From an uncultured Gemmatimonadota bacterium (GTDB lineage Bacteria; JAAXHH01): a DNA stretch of 64,000 nt. The position numbers and the translations under genes are program-made. The notes under the pieces were generated by a model that saw only the letters and a program-made list of their open reading frames with translations, was not told where the DNA came from and made no database searches. Location: the NCBI GenBank assembly GCA_951812955.1, contig OX638340.1, forward strand, positions 2,848,001 through 2,912,000, given 5' to 3'. Below, one piece after another: positions 45,300 through 55,645 of the stretch (within the stretch, counting starts at the first letter, position 1; each line of letters opens with the position of its first letter).

Positions 45300-46602
45300 T
45301 TTCTTCTCTCGAACCCGTCGAAACCCGGATGTGGTTCGGTGACGCCCACTGGCCGGCGCCCGCGCGGACCATGACCCGCCTGGACCATAACGAACGCACG
45401 ATGCGCTGCGTCTCCCGCCCGAAATCGGCCCAGAGAAAGCACGCGTGGCTGGGCACGACCCGGGCGCCCAGTCGCTCCAACTCGGCCGTGAGGTAATCGT
45501 TGCCTTCCCATACGGCCTGCAGGGACCGCTTGACGTGTTCATCGTCACCGAGGGCCGCTGCGGCCGCGTGGACGGACAGGACGTTCCGGCCGAGGAGTCC
45601 CATGGAGAAAGGCGCCAGCCTGTAGATCACGTCCCGATGCGCGATGGCATAGCCCACGCGGATGCCGCCGAGTCCGTACACCTTGGAGAACGTCCGGAGC
45701 ACGATCACGTTTTCCCGTTCCTTGGCGACTTCGATGAAATCCCGATATTCCGGGTCACGGACAAAGTGAACGTAGACCTCGTCAATGGCCACGAGGACAT
45801 GCGGCGGCACCCGGTCGATGAAGTCCAGGATCCGATCATGGGGCAGCAGCGCTCCGGTGGGGTTGTGGGGGTTGCAAATGATGACCAGGCCTGTGCTTTC
45901 GCCGATCCGCTTCCCCATGTCTTCGAGATCGTGGTTTCCGTCCGGCAACACGGGCGACCGTTGCGACTGCACCCCGTGGCCGGCGTCGCGGAGTTCGTCG
46001 CCGACGCGGGTAACCTGGCCGTAGGAAGGGAATGCTTCCACGACTTCGCCGTGTTTCATCAGGGCCTGCAGGGCCAGGATCTGGAGTAGTTCGGTCGTTC
46101 CCACACCAAGCATCAGGCCGTGGCGCTCGCCTGTCGCCTTGAAATCGAAGCCCGACGGGCGGGGAATGTCCAGGCCGTGGTGCCGGATGATCGCGTTTTG
46201 CAGGGTGGTCGTGTAATCATACCGGTTCATCCAGTCCTGGTGGCGCAGCACGGCTTCTATGGCCGCCGGGGACGCGCCCAGGGGGTTTTCGTTGAAGGCG
46301 AGCCGGACGCGGCCCGGTTCGACTCCCACGCCCTTTACATCCGTGGGTTGACGCCCGGAGAGCTGGGCAGCTACCGATTCGGGTGCATGCGGTCCGCCCA
46401 GTCCCGCCACCAGCGCTGCCGCGCCTGTCAGTCCACCCCGGAGGAAATCTCTCCGTGATACGGGCTCGTCCGGCGGGTATCCGTCCGGCAGGAATCCGAA
46501 TGAATGGACGGACTCGTCTAGTCTTTCTGGGGAAGGCACAGGGTAGATCCATCGGTATGGGTGAATGCGCGGCAACCAGGTTCTAAGCGGACAGCGCGTC
46601 AC
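45259..46602 (-). CDS. class-I/II aminotransferase (HisC/CobD-like) carrying a twin-arginine (Tat) signal motif
   Basis: SRRDFLRGGLTGAAALVAGLGG...AQL is a Tat-like signal. The mature part has FNENPLG, the PLP-Lys motif SKVYGLGG and IRVS. The n-region before RR is unusually long (48 aa) if the ATG at 46602 is the start. Confidence 0.7.
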   Translation of the reverse strand: MTRCPLRTWLPRIHPYRWIYPVPSPERLDESVHSFGFLPDGYPPDEPVSRRDFLRGGLTGAAALVAGLGGPHAPESVAAQLSGRQPTDVKGVGVEPGRVRLAFNENPLGASPAAIEAVLRHQDWMNRYDYTTTLQNAIIRHHGLDIPRPSGFDFKATGERHGLMLGVGTTELLQILALQALMKHGEVVEAFPSYGQVTRVGDELRDAGHGVQSQRSPVLPDGNHDLEDMGKRIGESTGLVIICNPHNPTGALLPHDRILDFIDRVPPHVLVAIDEVYVHFVRDPEYRDFIEVAKERENVIVLRTFSKVYGLGGIRVGYAIAHRDVIYRLAPFSMGLLGRNVLSVHAAAAALGDDEHVKRSLQAVWEGNDYLTAELERLGARVVPSHACFLWADFGRETQRIVRSLWSRRVMVRAGAGQWASPNHIRVSTGSREENEAFIRALERTLG

Positions 46603-46611
46603 AGACTGGAG

Positions 46612-48870
46612 TCAGCTGCCGGGATTCTGGCCGAGATGATCGAAGACGTCTTCCGATACGCCACCGGGTTTCACGCCGGTTTCCCGTTCCACCCGGTCCA
46701 CGCCCTTTAACCTGTTGATGCGGACGATCAGGCGTTCCAGCTGGCTGAGATGTTCCACCTCGATGGTGAAATTTCCGTCCGCCAACCCGTCTGTGGAGTC
46801 CATCGCGGCGTGGGTGATGTTGATGCCGGCCTCCGTAATCGTCCTGGAAATCCCGTTGAGCAGACCGGGCCGGTCGTTTCCGTAGATACGCAGGCCGACG
46901 ACGAAGAACTGGTCCTTCTCCACGTCCCAGTGTACCTCGAGGCGCCGTTCCAGATCGTCCACGATATTCGAGCATTCCTTGTTGTGCACCGTCACGCCCC
47001 GTCCGCGGGTGATGAAGCCGATGATGGGATCTCCCGGAACCGGCTGGCAGCACTGGGCGAAACGGATCATCAGATTGTCTATGCCCGTGACCTTGACTCC
47101 GCCCCGAGAACGGCGCACCCTGTCCACGAACCGGGTCAGTACCGACGCTTTTGCCGGATCCTTTTCGGCATCGGGCTCTTCGGGAAGCAGCCTCTGGGCG
47201 ACCTGGGCCGCGGAATATTCGCCCCGGCCGATCGCGGCGTAGAGTCGACTCGCGTCAGTCAGCCCGAATTCCTTCGCTAAAGCCTCCAGCTCATCGGATA
47301 CCTTGCGCTTTACCTTCAGCCGCTTCAGTTCCCGGCCCAGCAGGTCTTCGCCCAGCCTGATGCTCTGTTCCAGCGTGGCCTTCCTGAACCACGACCTGAT
47401 CTTGGAGGAGGCCTTGGTCGTCTTGACGATATCGAGCCAGTACGAACTCGGGGTCTGGTGCGGTGAAGTGAATATGGTGACCGTGTCGCCATTGTTCAAC
47501 TTCCCGGCCAGCGGCGCGATGTTGCCGTTCACCTTCGCTCCGCTGCATTGGAGCCCGATGTCGGTGTGAATGGCGAAGGCGAAGTCCAGCACGCTGGCGC
47601 CCTGCGGCAGTTCCTTGAGATCCCCGCGCGGGGTGAATACGAAGATGGCGTCGTCGTAAAGGTCCATGCGCAGGTAACTCATGAATTCCTTCGGATCGGT
47701 CATGTCCGTCTGCCAGTCCAGCGCCTGGCTGAGCCAGTCTTCTCGACCCTCGCCGTCCGTGACCTCCTCCTTCCCTTCCTTGTAGAGCCAGTGGGCGGCG
47801 ATCCCCACTTCCGCGACCCGGTCCATCTCCCGCGTGCGGATCTGGATTTCGGCCGTTTCGCCGTTGGACGCGATGATCGTGGTGTGCAGGGACTGGTACA
47901 TGTTCATCTTGGGGCGGGAGACGTAGTCTTTGAAGCGGTCGAAAATCGGGGTGTAGAGGGTATGGATGATCCCCAGCGCGTGGTAGCAGTTGGGCACCGT
48001 GTCGGTCACGACGCGAAGCGCATGGAGGTCGTAGATCTCCTCGAAAGGACGTTGGCGGCGCTGCATTTTCGTGTAGATACTATGGAAATGCTTCGCGCGG
48101 CCGTTCACCGTGGCGTCGATACCCGCGTCCTTCAGCGCTTTGACGATAGGCTGCCGGATCTCGTCGATCAGTTTTTCCCGCTCCTCCCGTTTCTGGTCCA
48201 GCTTGCTCGCGAGGTCCCGGTACACATCGGGAGACAGGTATTTCAGGCAGAGGTCTTCCAGTTCGGACTTGATCTTGGCCATGCCGAACCGGTGGGCGAG
48301 GGGGGCGTAGATCTCCCGGGTTTCGAGGGAGATGCGCTGCTGCTTCTCCTCTACCAGGAAGGACAGCGTCCGCATGTTGTGAAGCCGGTCCGCGAGTTTG
48401 ATGAGGATGATCCGTACGTCCTTGGCCATGGAAACGAGCATCTTGCGGAAATACTCGGCCTGCAGCTCCTCCTGGCTTCGGAAGGACAGCCCGGTGATCT
48501 TGGTGACGCCGTTTACCAGGACGGCCACTTCCTCGCCGAACTCCGCTGCCAATTGCTCGATGGTAACGTCTTCCACGTCTTCCACGACGTCGTGCAACAG
48601 TCCCGCCGCTATGGTCACGGCGTCCAGTTGCAGACCGATCAGCGTAAGCACCACCTGCGTACAGTGCACCATGAAGGGTTCGCCGGACTTGCGGACCTGG
48701 CCGGCGTGATGCAGCATGCTGAAGTGATAGGCCCGTTCGATGAGGTCAAGCTGGATTTCCAGCGCTTCGTCGGAGTCGATCTCCGGATGTGAAATGGCGT
48801 ATTGTTCCAGCAAGACCTGGACCGGAACGATCGCGGAGTTCGAAATGGCGCTTTCAACCGTGGCAGTCAT
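46612..48870 (-). CDS. rel: bifunctional (p)ppGpp synthetase/hydrolase Rel/SpoT
   Basis: HD hydrolase domain (LLHDVVED), synthetase domain (RAKHFHSIYTKM...YQSLHTT), and TGS and ACT-like C-terminal domains; about 750 aa from the internal Met MTATVES. Confidence 0.9.
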   Translation of the reverse strand: MTATVESAISNSAIVPVQVLLEQYAISHPEIDSDEALEIQLDLIERAYHFSMLHHAGQVRKSGEPFMVHCTQVVLTLIGLQLDAVTIAAGLLHDVVEDVEDVTIEQLAAEFGEEVAVLVNGVTKITGLSFRSQEELQAEYFRKMLVSMAKDVRIILIKLADRLHNMRTLSFLVEEKQQRISLETREIYAPLAHRFGMAKIKSELEDLCLKYLSPDVYRDLASKLDQKREEREKLIDEIRQPIVKALKDAGIDATVNGRAKHFHSIYTKMQRRQRPFEEIYDLHALRVVTDTVPNCYHALGIIHTLYTPIFDRFKDYVSRPKMNMYQSLHTTIIASNGETAEIQIRTREMDRVAEVGIAAHWLYKEGKEEVTDGEGREDWLSQALDWQTDMTDPKEFMSYLRMDLYDDAIFVFTPRGDLKELPQGASVLDFAFAIHTDIGLQCSGAKVNGNIAPLAGKLNNGDTVTIFTSPHQTPSSYWLDIVKTTKASSKIRSWFRKATLEQSIRLGEDLLGRELKRLKVKRKVSDELEALAKEFGLTDASRLYAAIGRGEYSAAQVAQRLLPEEPDAEKDPAKASVLTRFVDRVRRSRGGVKVTGIDNLMIRFAQCCQPVPGDPIIGFITRGRGVTVHNKECSNIVDDLERRLEVHWDVEKDQFFVVGLRIYGNDRPGLLNGISRTITEAGINITHAAMDSTDGLADGNFTIEVEHLSQLERLIVRINRLKGVDRVERETGVKPGGVSEDVFDHLGQNPGS

Positions 48871-49048
48871 CTGGATACTCGCCCGGGCAGGTCCGACTGC
48901 CCGCTTGGAGTCGTTTAACAGGGACACGGGGCAACCGACACTGCTTCATGACCCGCGCATTCACCTGGAATAGCAAGCGAGTGTAACATCGCTTATTTAC
49001 AATAGGTTACCTTATATCATTATAGATAATGGACGTAAAGGTCCGATG

Positions 49049-50227
49049 TCAAGCCGGTTTTGGCCGGCCGGGAAACAGGAAAGCCGATACATCGTGGACG
49101 AAACGGTCGAAGGCGGATCTGTACGCCGGGCTGATGTGGTGGGCGTTCCGGACGTTCCTGATCATGGTGCGGGTCGCCGCCCCGCGCCGGTCGTAGACAG
49201 TGGGTAGCGGATCGCCCGTGGTAAAGGGAAACTCGTGTACGCCCAGGTCCAGACGCAGCACGTGCGCCGGATGCAGGTTCCATGCCGCCCTTTCGGCCGA
49301 TATGACCCGGTCGGCGGGGTTGACGACCAGCAGCAACCGGTCTCGCAGGATCTCCATGCGGTCTTTCAGCCCTTCGCCATGAATCAGTACCTCCGCAAGC
49401 CAGCGGGCAGGCGCCTCGACCAGTTTCCGGTGTCGGTCATCGACCGCATCGAGCAGAAAAGACCGTCCCTGAAGGTATGCCGATAGCCGATTCGCGGCCG
49501 CATCATCCATGATAAACAGACTTCCTGGCCGGATGCCGTCGAGGGGAGCGCCTGAGGCGAAGAGCGCTGCGCGGCCATTGGAAAACCGGCCGCCGGGATC
49601 GTCGAGCAACAGAATCAGGGCAAGGTAGCCGCCGGCCGAGTATCCCAGGAAACGCGCGCTTGCACCCGCTTTGCAGCCTTCGTGATCGCCCGCTTCGATC
49701 CGGTCCGCCAGGTCCACTGCGTCGAAATAGGACTGCAGTCCACCGAGCACGTAGCGTTCAGGCGCTCGGCTCAACCGTTCGCTAATGCGGCCATTGAAGG
49801 GACTTGTCTGTCCGTTCGCGGCCAGGGCGGCGCGCTGGGTGGCGATCCGGGTCTGGTCCTGCGAACTCCAGAGTTTCGACCGCCTTCCGACGTGGAAGGA
49901 CAGGGGGAAGAGTATGACGGGAATCCCGAGCCGCAGGGCGAAACTGGCGGCCCAGGGCAGCATTCTGGCGTAACTGCCCTCGTTCAGGCCGTGGAATATG
50001 ACCAGGACTTCATCGGCGCCTCCGGCGGGCAGGTCGACCGGCTCCACCATGAGGTAGTTGAATCCGCGATTCTCCGCGACATCCCGGTCTACCGGCACCA
50101 GCAGTCCGTTCCAACGGGATTCGAATCGCGGCCGGCGCAACCGGTAGCGTCCGTCGTCCACGGAGTCGCCGCCGGCCCGGTACAGCCTGTACAGCCTATC
50201 GGGCTCGTATACATTCCCGGGCATCAA
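49049..50227 (-). CDS. alpha/beta-hydrolase family protein (G-Y-S-A-G-G nucleophile elbow)
   Basis: 392 aa with VLVIFHGLNEG and FLGYSAGGYLALIL. Specific function unknown. Confidence 0.55.
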   Translation of the reverse strand: MMPGNVYEPDRLYRLYRAGGDSVDDGRYRLRRPRFESRWNGLLVPVDRDVAENRGFNYLMVEPVDLPAGGADEVLVIFHGLNEGSYARMLPWAASFALRLGIPVILFPLSFHVGRRSKLWSSQDQTRIATQRAALAANGQTSPFNGRISERLSRAPERYVLGGLQSYFDAVDLADRIEAGDHEGCKAGASARFLGYSAGGYLALILLLDDPGGRFSNGRAALFASGAPLDGIRPGSLFIMDDAAANRLSAYLQGRSFLLDAVDDRHRKLVEAPARWLAEVLIHGEGLKDRMEILRDRLLLVVNPADRVISAERAAWNLHPAHVLRLDLGVHEFPFTTGDPLPTVYDRRGAATRTMIRNVRNAHHISPAYRSAFDRFVHDVSAFLFPGRPKPA

Positions 50228-50582
50228 TCCTTCTCCTTGAGGCGCCGCCTACCGGTCGGATCCGGCGAATCCAAACGGGGCCGACGTGCATATCCAGGAT
50301 CTCCCGGGGCCGACGTGCACATACAAGACCACCGGCGCGTGACCCTCCGCTCGATCCTGGCCGGTAACGTCCTGTCCGTTTTCATCAACTTCACGAGCTA
50401 TTTCATCGAGGTGATCACCACTCCGTACTATTTTGCTTCACCCGAAAATCAATGGAAAGCGATTTTCTTCCAGCCGGTTCCCGGGGCAGGGACATCGGAT
50501 CCATGGCTGGTAGCGGTTCAGGTCGGCCATTTCACGTGGCTTGTGAGGGTATGGGAAATGTTACGACCCGTGACGAATAGAA

Positions 50583-50612
50583 TTGACATTCGGGTATCTA
50601 AACCCATATAAT
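50583..50612 (+). promoter_or_regulatory. sigma70-like promoter (TTGACA-N18-TATAAT) upstream of korA
   Basis: Read directly: TTGACA at 50583-50588, TATAAT at 50607-50612, about 50 nt upstream of the ATG at 50663. Confidence 0.5.
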
Positions 50613-50662
50613 CAAATGATTTTGCGGATTTAATCCGACCTGGCGGTCGAGAAGGGTATTTC

Positions 50663-52399
50663 ATGGATCAACTGGACCTTACCATTCGCATAGCCGGAGA
50701 GAACGGTGAAGGCGTGCTTACCGTGGGCGACGTGCTGGCAGAAGCGCTGGCCCGGTCGGGTCTGCACATCTACACTTTCAAGAATCTCCCGGCCGAGATC
50801 AAAGGCGGCGCATCCATGACGCAGGTCAGGGTGCAGGATACCCCCGTCCGCTCGCCGGGCGACGCCCTCGATATCCTGATGGTCTGGAACCAGGAGAACT
50901 ACGACATCCACGTGGGCGAGGTGAAGCCCAGCGGCGTCGTGATATTCGATCCAGATGAATGCGAGGCGGACGAAAGCCTGGCGCTTACCCAGATCGCCGT
51001 CCCGCTTCAGAAGATCACGAAAACCGTCATCAAGACGATGAAGTCCAAGAATGTGCTGGCCTTCGGGATCCTGACCACGTTCCTGGGCATTCCCGTCGAA
51101 GCCGCGAAGCAGATGGTGGCCGAGAGTCGTTGGGGCCGGCGCAAAGAGTTCCTCGAGTCAAACATCAACGCCCTGAAGCAGGCCTACATCTACGTCGCCG
51201 ACAACGATATCGATCTGGGGCTCAGCGTCCCGGTAAACCAGAGGAACGGCCACGCCCAGCTGATCATGACGGGGAACGACGCGCTCTGCATGGGCGCCCT
51301 GGCCGCCGGTTGCCGGTACTACGCCGGATACCCCATTACACCCGCCAGCGACGTGATGGAGACACTTGCGAAAGCGATGCCCAGGGTGGGCGGCGTCCTG
51401 ATGCAGACCGAAGACGAGATCGCGGCCATCACCGCGTCCATCGGGGCTTCCTTCACCGGCGCGAAGGTAATGACCGCCACCGCGGGACCGGGTCTGTCCC
51501 TCATGGTCGAGGCCCTTGGCCTGGCGACCATGGAGGAGATCCCCATGGTTGTCGTGGACGTCCAGCGCGGCGGACCGAGCACCGGCATGCCCACCAAGAC
51601 CGAACAGTCGGACCTGAATCTGGCCATATACGGAGCCCACGGCGAAGCGCCGCGCATCGTGATCGCGGCGACCAATACCGAGGACTGTTTCTACACGGCG
51701 GTCAAGGCTTTCAATCTCGCCGAAAAATACCAGACGCCGGTCATCATGCTCAGCGACCAGCATCTCTCGCAGCGTGCGCAGGTCATGTCTCGTCCCGATC
51801 TCAGCCGGATCGAGATCGTCGAGCGGAAACAGCCCGAAGTAAACGGCAGTGTTTCTCCCCAGGAATTCGACCGGTACGAGATGACCGACGACTACGTTTC
51901 CCCCATGCCGTTGCCGGGCCGCCACGGACAGCACTACGTGGCGACGGGCCTGGAGCACGACGAGCACGCCCATATCGACTACTCGCCGGAAGCCCATATC
52001 CGGATGACTGAAAAACGGCATCAGAAAATCGAATCCGCGGTGAACGAGCCCGGGTTCGTACAGCGGTACGGCGCGGAGGACGCCCAACTCGGGCTGATCG
52101 GCTGGGGATCGTCGGAAGGCCCCATACTGGAAGCGCTGGACCGGACCCTGGCGAAGGGGTACAAGGTCGCCGCTCTGATATTCAAGATGTTGCAACCCCT
52201 GCCGGAAAAAGAAGCACGCGCCTTCATCGAATCCATTCCGGTAGTCTCGGTAGTCGAGCTGAACGCCAGCGGGCAGTTCGCAAACTACCTGCAGGGACGC
52301 CTGGCCGTTTCCCTGAAGCGGTTCAACATCATTACGGGACTGCCCTTCAAGGCGGGCGACATCGAGGAATACATCGAAGGAGTGCTGCAGTATGGCTGA
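50663..52399 (+). CDS. korA: 2-oxoacid:ferredoxin oxidoreductase alpha subunit (fused gamma+alpha domains, KorA-like)
   Basis: N-terminal POR gamma-like domain (IRIAGENGEGVLTVG) followed by the POR alpha domain (GNDALCMGALAAGCRYYAGYPITPASD); 578 aa. Confidence 0.85.
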   Translation: MDQLDLTIRIAGENGEGVLTVGDVLAEALARSGLHIYTFKNLPAEIKGGASMTQVRVQDTPVRSPGDALDILMVWNQENYDIHVGEVKPSGVVIFDPDECEADESLALTQIAVPLQKITKTVIKTMKSKNVLAFGILTTFLGIPVEAAKQMVAESRWGRRKEFLESNINALKQAYIYVADNDIDLGLSVPVNQRNGHAQLIMTGNDALCMGALAAGCRYYAGYPITPASDVMETLAKAMPRVGGVLMQTEDEIAAITASIGASFTGAKVMTATAGPGLSLMVEALGLATMEEIPMVVVDVQRGGPSTGMPTKTEQSDLNLAIYGAHGEAPRIVIAATNTEDCFYTAVKAFNLAEKYQTPVIMLSDQHLSQRAQVMSRPDLSRIEIVERKQPEVNGSVSPQEFDRYEMTDDYVSPMPLPGRHGQHYVATGLEHDEHAHIDYSPEAHIRMTEKRHQKIESAVNEPGFVQRYGAEDAQLGLIGWGSSEGPILEALDRTLAKGYKVAALIFKMLQPLPEKEARAFIESIPVVSVVELNASGQFANYLQGRLAVSLKRFNIITGLPFKAGDIEEYIEGVLQYG

Positions 52400-53339
52400 A
52401 GTCCGTACGGCCGACGCCGAAAAAACCGGGACGACGGAACGGTCCGGTGATGAAGGCCGGGTAGTCAAGCGTAAGCTCAAAGACTACAGGAGCGAAGTAA
52501 AGCCCACATGGTGCCCCGGCTGCGGAGATTTCGGTGTGCTAGCTGCTCTGCAGCGCGCGCTCGCTGAACGGGACCTGGATCCGAAGGACGTGGTCATCGT
52601 ATCCGGGATCGGCTGTTCCGGCCGTCTCCCCGAATTCGTCAACGCCTACGGTCTGCACGTGGTGCACGGGCGGGCGCTGCCCGCCGCCCAGGGCGTCAAG
52701 GCGGCCAATCCCGATTTGACGGTCATCGCCGTTGGCGGCGACGGCGACGGGTTTGCCATCGGCGGCGGTCACGTGCCCCATGCCGTGCGCCGCAACCAGG
52801 ACATCACCTACATCGTCATGGACAACCAGGTTTACGGACTGACCAAGGGCCAGCCGTCACCGAGCACGCCCACGGGGATGCAGGCGTTGCGCCGCAGCGT
52901 TTCCATGCCCAAGATGGCGCCTTACGAAGGGGTGCTGGAAGGCCAGTTGAACATCCTGGCCATGGTGATCGTCTACGGCTGCAGTTTCGTCGCGCGCACC
53001 TTCTCGAGCCAGGCGACGGAAATGGCGAAAACCATCGGCCGTGGACTCGACCACCCCGGATTCGCCTTCGTCCACGCGATGAGTCCCTGCCCCACCTTCT
53101 ACAACACCTACGATCCCTGGAAGGAGTCCTTCATGCCTTTGCCGGAAGGCTGGGACACCGGCGACCGGATCAAGGCGATCGACATGGCCATGGAAGAGGT
53201 GGGCGACGGAGTTTTCCACAGCGGCGTGTTCTTCCAGGAAGAGTACCGCACCTATACCGACAAGTTGCAGGACGTATACACCAAGGCTTATGGGGACGAG
53301 CAGGCGACCATAGACGCCTTGATGGACCAGTACGCCTGA
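52392..53339 (+). CDS. korB: 2-oxoacid:ferredoxin oxidoreductase beta subunit (TPP-binding, KorB-like)
   Basis: WCPGCGDFGVL...GIGCSGR...VIAVGGDGDGFAIGG is the TPP-binding motif. It overlaps the korA stop by 8 bp, indicating translational coupling. Confidence 0.85.
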   Translation: MAEVRTADAEKTGTTERSGDEGRVVKRKLKDYRSEVKPTWCPGCGDFGVLAALQRALAERDLDPKDVVIVSGIGCSGRLPEFVNAYGLHVVHGRALPAAQGVKAANPDLTVIAVGGDGDGFAIGGGHVPHAVRRNQDITYIVMDNQVYGLTKGQPSPSTPTGMQALRRSVSMPKMAPYEGVLEGQLNILAMVIVYGCSFVARTFSSQATEMAKTIGRGLDHPGFAFVHAMSPCPTFYNTYDPWKESFMPLPEGWDTGDRIKAIDMAMEEVGDGVFHSGVFFQEEYRTYTDKLQDVYTKAYGDEQATIDALMDQYA

Positions 53340-53456
53340 GTCAGCAGGTCCGTCCCGTTTTCCCGTTCCGCCCGTTCCGCCCGGTCCTTCCCGATCTTCC
53401 CGTATTCTCGGCGACGCCCGTTCCACCCGGTACGGGCAGCTTTTACTCCCAAATCC

Positions 53457-54314
53457 TTACCGAAACACGACGGTACGGCGTCCGTTGATCAATACGCGCC
53501 GCTGGATATGGTAGTGTACGGCCCGCGCCAGGACGATCCGTTCGATATCGTGTCCAACCGCCGTCAGTTCCGCCGGCGACATGCGATGGGTCACGGCTTC
53601 CACATCCTGCTCGATGATCGGCCCCTCATCGAGATCGGCCGTCACGTAGTGGGCGGTCGCGCCGATCAGCTTTACGCCGCGCCGGTGAGCCTGGTGGTAG
53701 GGCCGGGCGCCCTTGAAACCGGGCAGGAACGAATGGTGAATGTTGATGATGCGCCCCACCATCCTGTCGCACACCTCGGGACCGATTATCCGCATGTATC
53801 TGGCCAGCACGACGAAATCGATGTTGTTCTCCTCGATCTCGTCGATCAACCGCTCCTCCTGCTCCGCCTTGTTCTCGGGCGAAATCGGCAGGTGCAGAAA
53901 GTCGATGCCCGATTCCTTCGCCAGTTGCCCGGCGTCGGTATGGTTGGAGATGATCAGGGGGATATCCAGCTGAAGCTTGTCCATGCGCGTGCGGTTCAGC
54001 AGGTCCAGCAGGCAGTGCAGATCCCGCGACACCATGATCAGGGCCCGGGGCCGCGTGTCGTCGGCCGTCAGGTCCCACTGCATTTCCAGTTCCTCCGCCA
54101 GTGGAGCGAAGGTCCTCCACAGGGAACCCAGGGTTACCTTGCCGCCGAAATGCACGCGCATGAAGAACCGCTCGCTGTACGGGTCGATGTACGTATCGCT
54201 TTCGATAACGTGACATCCCTGTTCCGAAAGCCAGCGGGTCACGGTGTAGATCAATCCGGTTCGCTTGGGACAGGACAGGGCCAGCAGGAAGTTCTTTACG
54301 GTGCGTGCCTTCAT
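53457..54314 (-). CDS. purU: formyltetrahydrofolate deformylase
   Basis: N-terminal ACT domain plus a formyltransferase domain (IINIHHSFLPGFKGARPYHQA...ATAHYVTADLDEGPII). Confidence 0.9.
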   Translation of the reverse strand: MKARTVKNFLLALSCPKRTGLIYTVTRWLSEQGCHVIESDTYIDPYSERFFMRVHFGGKVTLGSLWRTFAPLAEELEMQWDLTADDTRPRALIMVSRDLHCLLDLLNRTRMDKLQLDIPLIISNHTDAGQLAKESGIDFLHLPISPENKAEQEERLIDEIEENNIDFVVLARYMRIIGPEVCDRMVGRIINIHHSFLPGFKGARPYHQAHRRGVKLIGATAHYVTADLDEGPIIEQDVEAVTHRMSPAELTAVGHDIERIVLARAVHYHIQRRVLINGRRTVVFR

Positions 54315-54494
54315 GTATGGAGACCGTTACCGTGGGTATATGTAATGTTTACGTGCCGCGTTTCCTCTTCGGAGGGAATCGATCAATGATGAAGAGGACA
54401 TGAAGGCGAACCCTCCCGCCGGGTCCGGTTGCCGTGGATCGGCGGGCGAGAGACTGGCCGGGCGTCGACGAGCGTCACGCCCGGTGCGTTTCCG

Positions 54495-54740
54495 TCAGTC
54501 GTCCTGGAAGAAGTCCGCGTTGATCTGGATATAGTTCTGCCAATCATCCGGGGTATCTTCTTCGGCAAAAATGGCCTCAACAGGACATTCCGGCTCGCAG
54601 GCGCCGCAGTCTATGCACTCTTCAGGATCGATGTACAGCATGCGTTCGCCGTCCTTGGTGTGAATGCAATCCACCGGGCATACATCGACACAGCCCTTGT
54701 CCATTACGTCAATGCATGGCTCTGCGATTATGTAGGTCAT
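54495..54740 (-). CDS. fdxA: 7Fe ferredoxin (FdxA-type, [3Fe-4S][4Fe-4S])
   Basis: MTYIIAEPCIDVMDKGCVDVCPVDCIH...CIDCGACEPECPVEAI, 81 aa from the internal Met; the upstream 35 codons of the track ORF were discarded. Confidence 0.85.
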   Translation of the reverse strand: MTYIIAEPCIDVMDKGCVDVCPVDCIHTKDGERMLYIDPEECIDCGACEPECPVEAIFAEEDTPDDWQNYIQINADFFQDD

Positions 54741-54935
54741 ACGAGACTCCTCGCTAAACACGGCTTTCTGAAACAATTCGGCTTCGCGGATGCGTCGCAT
54801 CAAGTGTCGGCAGGACAGAAAACCGGTCAATGGTTCCGCCGCCAAAAATACCGTTATATTATAGCCGGACCGGCGTGGCGTGTCAAGCCTGAAATCGATT
54901 GACCGCCGGGCTGTTCTTCGTTAAGTTCAAAGGCC

Positions 54936-55619
54936 ATGCCACCGTCCGCCGTACCCGCCGACTTGGCCCGCCGTTACGACGTCTGTTTCAAGTCCATAGC
55001 CATTGGAAAGTGGGTGACTCTGGACATTCTGGCGGTACGCGATCCGGACGTGCTCATAGACGAAATCGACCCGGAATGCTACGATGAGGATGAACGCCTG
55101 CCCTACTGGGCGGAGATCTGGCCCTCGGCGATCGGTCTCGGCCGCCACCTGTTCGAGTATCCCGCTCCCCCCGGTTCAAAGATCCTGGAACTGGGCTGCG
55201 GCATCGGAGTGGCCGGTATCGCGGCGGCCGCGGCCGGACTGGTGGTCACCGCGTGCGACTACGAAGAGGACGCCCTGGCCTTCGCCCGGCACAATGCCCG
55301 GTTGAATGCCCTGAACGCGCGCGTATCCTTCCGCTTCCTGGACTGGAGAAACCCGGATCTCGACCGCAAGTACGCCATCATTATCGGTTCGGACATTCTT
55401 TACGAACGGCCAAATCACGAACCGATCCAGCGCTTGCTCAACGACACGCTGGAACCGGGCGGCATGTTTCTCGCGAGCGATCCCGGCCGCCGTGCGGCCA
55501 CCCCATTTGTCGAATCCATGATAGCCCGGGGATACCGACACAGCGCGCAGCCTCGAAGGATAAAGTTCGAAACGAATGACAACCGGATCATCGTTCACCG
55601 GTTTATGAAAGAGGCCTGA
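54936..55619 (+). CDS. class-I SAM-dependent methyltransferase (Methyltransf_16 / protein-lysine MTase-like)
   Basis: ILELGCGIGVAGIAAA is SAM-binding motif I; there is an acidic residue after beta2 (TACDYEED); 227 aa. Confidence 0.7.
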   Translation: MPPSAVPADLARRYDVCFKSIAIGKWVTLDILAVRDPDVLIDEIDPECYDEDERLPYWAEIWPSAIGLGRHLFEYPAPPGSKILELGCGIGVAGIAAAAAGLVVTACDYEEDALAFARHNARLNALNARVSFRFLDWRNPDLDRKYAIIIGSDILYERPNHEPIQRLLNDTLEPGGMFLASDPGRRAATPFVESMIARGYRHSAQPRRIKFETNDNRIIVHRFMKEA

Positions 55620-55645
55620 ATACGCAACCCCTGATTGGACCGGTC

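Noticed and set aside
53358-53380. Pyrimidine-rich short repeats (cccgttccgcccgttccgccc) between korB and purU
   Set aside because: The repeat is very short, lies in a convergent terminator region, has no coding potential and no resemblance to known elements. It is probably incidental.
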